From IMG/VR virus record IMGVR_UViG_3300020044_003052, positions 1-31,010 of that record: a stretch of DNA of 31,010 bases. The stretch is one strand, 5' to 3'. The translations under genes were made by a program, and so were the position numbers. The notes beneath the pieces were generated by a model that was not told where the DNA came from, made no database searches, and saw only the letters and a list, made by a program, of their open reading frames with translations. The first letter of the stretch is position 1. Every line of letters starts with the position of its first letter. Below, piece by piece: positions 1 to 7,264 of this stretch. The DNA comes from a virus. Lineage: Duplodnaviria; Caudoviricetes.

Positions 1-333
1 ACCAGGCCGGAGGCCGCCCCGCGCCCGCGGGAAGCCCCAGCAGCCCGGGCCCCGGCCAAGCCCGTGGACGGCTACCCCGACGAGTACGAGGGTGCGTTTC
101 AGATCCACCGCGTGGTGCGCCGCCCCGGCCGTCCGGTTGCCATTGAAGCAACCGGGGAACACGGCAAGGTGTGGATTGCCACCTCAGTCGGCGAGTACGC
201 AGACCTGGCCGAAGACAACGTCAACGGCGAGATGACGATTGAGATTGCGCGGATTGGGCAGACCATGCAAGTCATGCGCGTGGTCGGACCCATCAAGCCC
301 GTTGAAGTCAACCCCGAAGAAGTCCCATTCTGA
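1..333 (+). CDS. Partial (5'-truncated) protein, possibly the C-terminus of a DNA annealing/recombination protein
   Basis: The frame is open from base 1 (Pro/Ala-rich linker TRPEAAPRPREAPAA) to TGA at 333. It ends in an acidic EEVPF tail and lies directly upstream of Gp157. Function is inferred from context only. Confidence 0.45.
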   Translation, partial: TRPEAAPRPREAPAARAPAKPVDGYPDEYEGAFQIHRVVRRPGRPVAIEATGEHGKVWIATSVGEYADLAEDNVNGEMTIEIARIGQTMQVMRVVGPIKPVEVNPEEVPF

Positions 334-347
334 AAGGACCTACATCC

Positions 348-854
348 ATGAGCCTCTACGCCATTTCGTCTGAACTTGAACTGATCCTGGACGCCATTCT
401 TGAGGGGGGAGCCGACTCCCCCGAGGCCCAGCAAGCCCTTGAAGCCCATCTTGCTGGCCTGGACGCTGCGCTTGATGCCTGCGCCGATGACTACGCCGGG
501 TTGATTCGTAGCCTTGAGCTGCGGTCAGCCGCCCGCAAGACCGAGGCTGACCGTATGCGGTCGCTTGCCAAGGCCGACGAGGCCCTGGCCGAACGCCTCA
601 AGGACCGCCTCAAGGAAGCCATGGAAGCCTGCGGCCGTACCAAGATCGACACGGCGAGGTTTCGCCTGTCGGTGGCGGGCAACGGCGGCAAACAGCCGCT
701 CGAGGTTACGGTGACCGCCGAGGAACTGGGACCGGACTACACCTCTACGTTTGTAGAGGTTGACAATACGAAGATTCGCGCCGCGCTGGAAGCAGGCAAG
801 GTGGTCCCCGGCTGCACGTTGCTGCCACGCGGGACGGGCCTGCGAATCAAGTAA
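348..854 (+). CDS. Siphovirus Gp157-family protein
   Basis: MSLYAIS start, coiled-coil core, KIDTARFRLSVAGNGG, and C-terminal DNTKIRAALEAGKVVPGCTLLPRGTGLRIK match the Gp157 pattern. AAAGGA RBS upstream. Confidence 0.85.
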   Translation: MSLYAISSELELILDAILEGGADSPEAQQALEAHLAGLDAALDACADDYAGLIRSLELRSAARKTEADRMRSLAKADEALAERLKDRLKEAMEACGRTKIDTARFRLSVAGNGGKQPLEVTVTAEELGPDYTSTFVEVDNTKIRAALEAGKVVPGCTLLPRGTGLRIK

Positions 855-876
855 CATCCATCGTCCATCCATCCTC

Positions 877-928
877 CCCCCCTGCCCCAAACGCCCCCAC
901 GACGGAGGCGCAAAGGCAGGGGGGTTTT
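877..928. terminator. Probable bidirectional intrinsic terminator between convergent genes
   Basis: Arms CCCCCCTGCC (877-886) and GGCAGGGGGG (915-924), an inner stem 892-898/904-910, and TTTT at 925-928. Confidence 0.7.
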
Positions 929-935
929 CGTTTAG

Positions 936-1049
936 TCACTTCTTGCTGAACTTCGACATCACCCAGTTGATGGGCAGCGCGTGTCCAACGATGTAACCCA
1001 GGAGAAACGTCATCCCGGCAAACCAAAGCGATCCGATGAAGGATTCCAT
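936..1049 (-). CDS. Small membrane protein, 37 aa (not in ORF track)
   Basis: Translates to MESFIGSLWFAGMTFLLGYIVGHALPINWVMSKFSKK: one TM helix and a basic tail. AAAGG lies upstream, and the ATG is 3 nt after the previous stop. Confidence 0.7.
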   Translation of the reverse strand: MESFIGSLWFAGMTFLLGYIVGHALPINWVMSKFSKK

Positions 1050-1052
1050 GAC

Positions 1053-1535
1053 TCAAGCCTTTCTGCGCGTTTGCGCTTTGCGGAAGGCCGCGTCGAACTC
1101 GGGGTCCTGCGCCCGCATTGCGGCCACATATTCCCGTTCCCCTTCGGGACGGTCAGGATCAAGCATATCAACGGCAAGCTCTGCCTGGGTCACCTTGCGC
1201 CTAGGCAACCAGCCAACGGCCACGCGGACGGCCGTACCAATGCCAGACTGCCACAAAATGAACGCCACGCCAGCGACCGCCACCGCGATGCCCCACCACT
1301 GGAGGGTGGATAGCCACGCCGGCGTGACCGCCTGCACGGACGGGATCTCACCGTGGATGGCCGCAGCGGCGGCGTCGATGCGGGTCGCGCCGTGCACCAC
1401 CACCTGGTCGCCCGTGGCGTTTCCGTGGTCGATGAGCGCGCCAGCCTCGTTGCGGATCGCCGTCGCGTTCGCGGAGATGCGAGCGACTGGGTTGCAGGCG
1501 GTGAGCGCGAGGACGAGCAGTGCGGCGATCCTCAA
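1053..1535 (-). CDS. Lipoprotein with internal TM helix (spanin-like candidate)
   Basis: Signal peptide with lipobox MRIAALLVLALTA-C, then TM segment WWGIAVAVAGVAFILW. The TTG start overlaps the upstream stop. Confidence 0.6.
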   Translation of the reverse strand: MRIAALLVLALTACNPVARISANATAIRNEAGALIDHGNATGDQVVVHGATRIDAAAAAIHGEIPSVQAVTPAWLSTLQWWGIAVAVAGVAFILWQSGIGTAVRVAVGWLPRRKVTQAELAVDMLDPDRPEGEREYVAAMRAQDPEFDAAFRKAQTRRKA

Positions 1536-1834
1536 ATGAATACCCGATACGGGACGCCTGGCGTCGGCGCAAACGTCGGCAGCTCCGCAACCTGCGCGGC
1601 GGTCAGCTGCACGGTGGCTCGGAGGTTGACGTGGTAGCGGTTGTCGCCTGGGCGAATGATTGTTCCATCCTCATCAACTAGCGCCGGGATCGGCCCGATG
1701 CGGTCAATCGTGATGCCTTGCACGGGCTGCACGGTGATCTCGCCATCAAAATCTGTGACTTCTTGCGCCACGCCAGCGGCAATAAGCGCATCGTCCATGT
1801 CGGACTCTGTGTTTGAGCGGAGTAGGTAGTCCAT
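1532..1834 (-). CDS. Hypothetical acidic protein, likely fibre-associated
   Basis: 100 aa, tightly packed after the fibre gene, ending PTPGVPYRVF. Confidence 0.6.
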   Translation of the reverse strand: MDYLLRSNTESDMDDALIAAGVAQEVTDFDGEITVQPVQGITIDRIGPIPALVDEDGTIIRPGDNRYHVNLRATVQLTAAQVAELPTFAPTPGVPYRVFI

Positions 1835-1835
1835 G

Positions 1836-3128
1836 TCAGGTGGTGATGGCGATGATTTGCGAGTCGGAAAGAGCGACAGGCCAGAACTTCACGGTGCGAA
1901 CGCAGGCGTTCAGCCAATCGCGTGTAGCAGCAGTACCGGACGCGCTGTTGGCACCGATAGTCAGCATTGCGGGAGTAACCGTTCCTGTGCCATTACCTGT
2001 CGATCCTACGACTCCATTGGAATAGTTGGTGACATCGTTTCCGGCAAACCACTTCAGAGCGTGCTTTGTTACTGATGGAATCGCAGTAGCGATGCCTCCA
2101 CCAAATACTGCACCACCAGTTGCCCACAGAATGGCAGTTGGCAGCAAGGTGGAATTAGAGACATAAAGAATGAGTCCCTCACCTGTGTTGTAACGAGAGC
2201 CAACCGCTGCATAGTCATGTAGAACATTTCCTGACTGACTTCGCGGCTTCTCAAATTGCGTGTACAGAACGCCCTCTGTCGCGCCTGCAAACCACGACGA
2301 GAAGTTTGTCCCGGTCATCACGCAGGAATCGCCCGCCCTGGTCCCCGTGCTTGCCACGGTTTGGATGTACGACGATGCGCCGGAGCCTGCTTCCACCTGT
2401 GCGCCCCAAATCAACAGATCAACCGTGCCGGAATCGCTTGAGCATGGGTAGACGTAGATTGCTGTGCATCCTGCGGGCGTCGTAAACTGCACGGATACGC
2501 GAACCCACGTGCTGGATGTGTTGTTTGCGCCGCCAATCTGCGAGACATAGTTGTTGATGGATTGCGTGTAATCAACGATGGAAGAACCAGCCGTTACGTT
2601 CCAAACGCGAAATCTTGCCTGCGATCCGCCGTTGTTTCGCGCCCAAAACGAGAACGTGTACGCAGTTGATGCCGTCACCGTAATCGTTGATGAGCGGAAC
2701 GACCCGCTTCCGGAAGGCATGGTTAGTCTTCGTGCGTTGCCCGTGGTTCCGTCTGGAAGAGTTGTTGACAATGTTGCGGCTGTGTAACCGCTCGTATTCC
2801 ATTGCGTTCCATCACTCACCGTAGTGTTGAAATCATCACTACGAACCGCAAGGTTTGTCGCGCTTCCCTCAATCAACAGACCTTTAGCAGTCAGCGCGGT
2901 CGGGTCGTAGTCGAAGCGTGGCGCGTTGATTGCGGCGCTGGTGACGTAGCCGCTGCTGTTGATGTACGTTCCGGTCGTGCTGCGCGTGAACGTCAGGCGC
3001 GAGTCAAGGACACCCGTGGTGAAATCAAGCGACAGCGTGGAACCGTCGCCAAGGTTGTTCAGCATGAACAACTGCTGTGGCTGCGAACGGGCGTTTGGAC
3101 GGTGGAACCGACCTAGGAGGCTTCGCAT
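1836..3128 (-). CDS. Virion fibre/spike protein with carbohydrate-binding and ConA/LamG-like domains
   Basis: Motif LTFTRSTTGTYINSSG...APRFDYDP...GLLIEGSATN, a CBM-like YTFSFWAR...WVRVSVQFTTP, GAQVEAGSGASSYI, and a C-terminal VKFWPVALSDSQI. Confidence 0.7.
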   Translation of the reverse strand: MRSLLGRFHRPNARSQPQQLFMLNNLGDGSTLSLDFTTGVLDSRLTFTRSTTGTYINSSGYVTSAAINAPRFDYDPTALTAKGLLIEGSATNLAVRSDDFNTTVSDGTQWNTSGYTAATLSTTLPDGTTGNARRLTMPSGSGSFRSSTITVTASTAYTFSFWARNNGGSQARFRVWNVTAGSSIVDYTQSINNYVSQIGGANNTSSTWVRVSVQFTTPAGCTAIYVYPCSSDSGTVDLLIWGAQVEAGSGASSYIQTVASTGTRAGDSCVMTGTNFSSWFAGATEGVLYTQFEKPRSQSGNVLHDYAAVGSRYNTGEGLILYVSNSTLLPTAILWATGGAVFGGGIATAIPSVTKHALKWFAGNDVTNYSNGVVGSTGNGTGTVTPAMLTIGANSASGTAATRDWLNACVRTVKFWPVALSDSQIIAITT

Positions 3129-3140
3129 CGCTAGATCCGA

Positions 3141-3677
3141 TCAGAGGAAGGAGTAGAAAGCGTTCATCGTGCCGCTGCTGGATTTGAACTGAAGCGTGAT
3201 ATAGCGATGACCGATGGTGTCGATGACTGCGTGAGCAGGCGGGGTATCATCAATGGCGGCGGTGCCAGGGCTGTACAGGTTCACGGTCGGAACACCAGCC
3301 GCAGCCGTCAGGCCATGAAAGAAATATTGGGTCGTGCCGTTAATGCTGACGGACGGAATGTTTCCAGAAGTTGCGTTGTATGCGGGCGTCAGCTCGGCAA
3401 GCAGATTCGGGACGTACATGTCCGTGCCATCCGTCTGCGTATAAACCGACCACCCAATCACTCGCACCCCAAGTCCAGTAGCGTTGTTGGCCGTATGAAA
3501 CGGAGTCAGGCGAAGCAGGCTCGGCTTGTCGCCAGCGCTGGAAGGAATCAGGAACGTAGTTCCGGTCGTAGATGGGATGGTCGTGGTCGGTGGAGTAAGC
3601 GCATACGACGTTCCGGCAGCGGCAGAACTGATTCGATACGCGGGCTGGTCGGTAGCAACAACGATGTCCTGGGGCAT
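3141..3677 (-). CDS. Hypothetical beta-rich protein, probably virion-associated
   Basis: 178 aa, Thr/Ser/Gly-rich, AAAGGA RBS, located among tail genes. Confidence 0.6.
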   Translation of the reverse strand: MPQDIVVATDQPAYRISSAAAGTSYALTPPTTTIPSTTGTTFLIPSSAGDKPSLLRLTPFHTANNATGLGVRVIGWSVYTQTDGTDMYVPNLLAELTPAYNATSGNIPSVSINGTTQYFFHGLTAAAGVPTVNLYSPGTAAIDDTPPAHAVIDTIGHRYITLQFKSSSGTMNAFYSFL

Positions 3678-3686
3678 GGGTTTCCT

Positions 3687-3911
3687 TTAGGTAAATGCGC
3701 GGATGAGGTAGTTGGATACAAGGCTCATGCTCGCGCCGATGGCGGCTGCGGTTCCAAGCATGTAGCCACGTGAATGCTCGAGCGAGCGAATGCGCGAATC
3801 ATGCTCCTTGAGTTGATCCTGCTGGTGGCTCTGCATGGCGAGCAGGGAATCGACCTTGCCTTCCAGGCGGCCGATGGCGAGGAACAGTTCTTCGTGGTGG
3901 GTGGAGGTCAT
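3687..3911 (-). CDS. Coiled-coil plus C-terminal TM protein (XhlA/holin-like), 74 aa
   Basis: Start at ATG 3911 gives an ATGA overlap with the tailspike stop. IGRLEGKVDSLL...HDSRIRSLE is followed by hydrophobic YMLGTAAAIGASMSLVS. Confidence 0.65.
   Translation of the reverse strand: MTSTHHEELFLAIGRLEGKVDSLLAMQSHQQDQLKEHDSRIRSLEHSRGYMLGTAAAIGASMSLVSNYLIRAFT
3876..3911 (-). repeat. Direct repeat copy A (first 12 codons of the holin-like gene)
   Basis: 31/36 nt identical to 5108-5143. Confidence 0.85.
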
Positions 3912-5092
3912 GCGTATCTCCATGAATCAAATAGATACGTTTCACCAGCAGTAAATGTCGCTGCCGTTGACGCGCTTGTGTTGTACAGCGTCACATACAC
4001 CACTCCAGCACCGCCATTTACGACTGGCCCTGCTACAACACTTGCTGGCCACGAAAGTGGTGCAGTAAATGTGACAATGTCGCGGTTAGCCAAACCGCCG
4101 CCAAGTGACGAAACTGTAAACGATTCTTGCCTTGACGTTGAAGCCGGAAGTGAACTGATTGATTTCACGACCTTGGAAACCACGTGCCGCTGTGCAGTTG
4201 TTCCAGAGTTCAACTGGAACCCGTCTGAATACAGCACGGTTGCTCCACTTGATCCAGCGTCAGAAATGTTGGTTGCAAGCGACGAAAAGAAAGGCGAAAT
4301 GATTTGGGTCTGTTGCGCTGCCGCATTGATCGAAATACCAACGGCTCCACCAACAGTCGATTCAAGCCTGCTTCCAATAAACCGAATTGATTGCGCGGTT
4401 GATCCAGTTATTTGATGTCCCGTGGAAAACTGTTCAACAGCACATGCAAGGTAGGTATTTGAAGTGTTGTCCTGGTCCTTGGTTCCAGTGACGGCGTCAA
4501 TTCTCAAAGCCGTAAAACGATTTTCGTTTCCAAGCGTTGAGTTGTCTACGCCTGTTGTGCACGATGTGATTGTGCAAGTGAAATAATCGTTGTAGAAGGA
4601 CGCATATCCGTTGCCATGCCGAATGCCGGTTTCAACGTAATTGATCCACACATCAGTCCAACTTGCGTAAGTCACGTTCTGCATGTCAAGGCCAACACTG
4701 CCAGCAACTATGCCGGAGGTGTTACCCTCAATCTTGAAGTTTCCGCCACCAACGTGGTAGATGCGCGCTCCAGTTGGAGTCACGGAACGAATTACGGAAG
4801 ATGCCGTCGTGTTCTTGATGACAGATGTGATTCCCGCGCCAAACAGGATGTTGTTTGCGTTTAGCGTGATTGGTGCAGTCGTTCGGTAGGTTCCAACTGG
4901 CAAGTACACCGATGCATGTGCTGCCAATGCCGCATTGATTGCAACCGTGTCATCCGTCGTTCCATCACCTACCGCGCCGAAATCCTTCACGCTCACGACA
5001 TCGCGGAGCTTGTCCAGGACAGTGCGCTGGGACGCGCCGGTGCCGGCTGCGAGGAAGGTGACCTGTTCAGAGGTTGGCTTGGTCATGGGCAT
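3908..5092 (-). CDS. Tailspike 2, pectate-lyase-like beta-helix (putative depolymerase)
   Basis: VVSVKDFGAVGDGTTDDTVAINAAL...VYLPVGTYR, followed by Asn/Thr-rich beta-helix repeats. Confidence 0.8.
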   Translation of the reverse strand: MPMTKPTSEQVTFLAAGTGASQRTVLDKLRDVVSVKDFGAVGDGTTDDTVAINAALAAHASVYLPVGTYRTTAPITLNANNILFGAGITSVIKNTTASSVIRSVTPTGARIYHVGGGNFKIEGNTSGIVAGSVGLDMQNVTYASWTDVWINYVETGIRHGNGYASFYNDYFTCTITSCTTGVDNSTLGNENRFTALRIDAVTGTKDQDNTSNTYLACAVEQFSTGHQITGSTAQSIRFIGSRLESTVGGAVGISINAAAQQTQIISPFFSSLATNISDAGSSGATVLYSDGFQLNSGTTAQRHVVSKVVKSISSLPASTSRQESFTVSSLGGGLANRDIVTFTAPLSWPASVVAGPVVNGGAGVVYVTLYNTSASTAATFTAGETYLFDSWRYA

Positions 5093-5104
5093 GTGGTTAG
5101 TCCG

Positions 5105-5143
5105 TTAGGCGAGAAGCAGTTCTTCTTGGTGGGTACAGGTCAT
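5105..5143 (-). pseudogene. Remnant mini-ORF MTCTHQEELLLA*, direct repeat copy B
   Basis: Degenerate copy of the holin-like N-terminus MTSTHHEELFLA, with a TGATG overlap with the tailspike 1 stop. Confidence 0.75.
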
Positions 5144-7203
5144 CAGACGTTGCCCGTAGACGTGATGTTGGCAGTCACTCCATTAAGCGAAATCTGTGCG
5201 ACGGAGTTGTACTGCGCGACATTTCCAATGATGTTTGTGAATCCAGAAGATGCCCCGTTGTTCACGATATTGGCATAGATGCCATAGTCCTGCACGCCGC
5301 CAGTTTCCTGGGTGCAGATATTGTTACTGATGATGTGCTGGCCGAACGCGGCGCTGTTGTCTGAATATATTCCCGCATTGGTGGCAATACCGGAACCATT
5401 CGTAATGCAAGTGCTGTTGTTGATTTGCGCCTGACTTGAGCCAGCAACATAGATACCGCGATTGTTGTTGTTGAACACGGCACACGAGGAAATCTGCACA
5501 AGCCCTCCGCCTGAGACATAGATGCCATCATCGAACGATGTGATTTGACATCCAACAATGGTCACGTTCGAAGACGAAGAACAGCTGATTCCCCTCGCGG
5601 TTGTTGATGGGCCGCTTCCAAGCCGTGCGATGAAATTGGTAATGGAAACATTGCTGCTAGTACTCATGTACAAGCCAGCAAAGGTGTACCGGCCGATGTT
5701 GTTGTGACACGCGGAGCAATTCGTCAACGACACATTAGATGAACTGTCGATGGCGAATCCGGCATAGGTGCATGCGGACGTGCGTACATTTGTGACGGAT
5801 ACTGTTCCGTCAACAAATGCCACGCTAGAAACAGCCAGGCCCAAATAGCAATTGTAAATGATGCAATCTGCTACGGTCACAGATGATGATGTAATAGAAA
5901 CACCAGTGCCGCCAGTTCTGGATTCTTCCGACACCGAGTTCTGCAACACAACGTCAGTATTCGCCAACGTAATGTTCGAGGCAAATCCAGCGCACCACAC
6001 GTTGCTGATCAGCGTTCCGTTTGCAGCGGCGTGGATGCCGATAGATGCAGCGCCTGCGCCGCCTGTTTGACTTGTGACCGTAAGATCAGAAATCACAGTC
6101 GGTGGTCCGCCCGCACCATTCGCCTTGACCAAACCATCAGCCACAAAGGCGGCGGGAGCCAGCAGGATCGTCGCATACCCACCCATTCCTCGCAACGCCT
6201 TGCCTGATGGGATGGTGATCTGCGAAGAAAGTTTGTATATCCCGTTTGGAACAATTACTGTTCCATAAGTCGAAACGCTGTTGATTGCAGCCTGGAATGC
6301 GGCCGTGTTGTCCGTACCAGCACCTGTTGCAATTACACCATCGCCAACCGCGCCAAAGTCCTTGACGCTAATCACATCGCCAAACTTGCTCGCCGCGCTG
6401 CGGGCAACCGCGCCCGTACCGCTCGGCGTGTAAGTGACGAGATCGGCGCTGGTGCTGCCGATGGTGTCCGTCAGGAAGTTGACAACCTCAATGTTGTCCG
6501 TGCCAGCGACCGGGGCAGAGCTGAAGGTCAGCGTTGTGCCAGCAATCGTGTAGGTGCTGCGCTGCTGGTACACGCCGCCGATGTAGACCTGGGCGCTGTT
6601 ACCAAGCGCACCGGGGTCAGAGGCAAGCGTAAAGGCGGTTTGCGACCCCGTGCCGCTGAACACCTGCCGCGTGATCGTGGCGGGCGCACCGCTTGAGCCA
6701 GCGGCAACCATCGACGGCTCGCCGTTGGCGTCAAACGCCATGAACGTGTTGGCACGTTCCGCGGCCGCTGGCAGGGTCATATTTAGCCCCGTGCCGTCAG
6801 AGAACGGGATCTTGATCGTCCGGTCCCCAATATCGCTAATCTGCTGAATCTGGATCGTGGCCCGGTCCAGCGCGTCCGTGATTACCTCGGGATAGAACCC
6901 GCCCTGGTTTGTCAGGTCGGTCGGCTGAAGATTGGCAATGTCCGACGAAATGGTCAGCGTGTAGCCAGAAGCAAGCACTGCAGGCAGGATGACATTACCG
7001 CCCGGATTGCTGTCCTGATTGCCGTTCAGGGTGACCGTGTAATCGGTATTGACCGTCAAGACGGTTTCCGCGCCCGTAGACACGGTGAGCTTCACGACAT
7101 ACAGGTCGGACGCCTGAAACACCTTAAACGAGAAAGGAAACGTGGTAGCGACACCAGTGCCAGTAAACGGTCCCGCAATTCTCGTTGTGGAGCTGATGGT
7201 CAT
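5143..7203 (-). CDS. Tail fibre/tailspike 1: T7-like N-terminal anchor plus right-handed beta-helix
   Basis: GPFTGTGVATTFPFSFKVF...DALDRATIQIQQ anchor, VISVKDFGAVGDG, and C-terminal PbH1-like repeats. AAGGA RBS. Confidence 0.85.
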   Translation of the reverse strand: MTISSTTRIAGPFTGTGVATTFPFSFKVFQASDLYVVKLTVSTGAETVLTVNTDYTVTLNGNQDSNPGGNVILPAVLASGYTLTISSDIANLQPTDLTNQGGFYPEVITDALDRATIQIQQISDIGDRTIKIPFSDGTGLNMTLPAAAERANTFMAFDANGEPSMVAAGSSGAPATITRQVFSGTGSQTAFTLASDPGALGNSAQVYIGGVYQQRSTYTIAGTTLTFSSAPVAGTDNIEVVNFLTDTIGSTSADLVTYTPSGTGAVARSAASKFGDVISVKDFGAVGDGVIATGAGTDNTAAFQAAINSVSTYGTVIVPNGIYKLSSQITIPSGKALRGMGGYATILLAPAAFVADGLVKANGAGGPPTVISDLTVTSQTGGAGAASIGIHAAANGTLISNVWCAGFASNITLANTDVVLQNSVSEESRTGGTGVSITSSSVTVADCIIYNCYLGLAVSSVAFVDGTVSVTNVRTSACTYAGFAIDSSSNVSLTNCSACHNNIGRYTFAGLYMSTSSNVSITNFIARLGSGPSTTARGISCSSSSNVTIVGCQITSFDDGIYVSGGGLVQISSCAVFNNNNRGIYVAGSSQAQINNSTCITNGSGIATNAGIYSDNSAAFGQHIISNNICTQETGGVQDYGIYANIVNNGASSGFTNIIGNVAQYNSVAQISLNGVTANITSTGNV

Positions 7204-7229
7204 TCTTCGATTCCTTGGTGCGATTGTTG

Positions 7230-7262
7230 AGGGTAAATGTTGGGGGTACTGCTATGGGTCCC
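7230..7262 (-). promoter_or_regulatory. Putative phage late promoter GGGACCCATAG-N16-TACCCT
   Basis: Motif at 7252-7262 and -10-like box at 7230-7235, upstream of tailspike 1. Confidence 0.75.
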
Positions 7263-7264
7263 GG

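Noticed and set aside
847-1056. 69-aa minus-strand ORF in the track
   Set aside because: It runs through the terminator hairpin into Gp157. The 37-aa TM ORF at 936-1049 fits better.
3876-5143. Diversity-generating retroelement (TR/VR pair), suggested by the BPP-1-like architecture
   Set aside because: The repeat is only 36 bp, the mismatches are not adenine-specific, it is not in a fibre C-terminus, and no reverse transcriptase is present in the window.
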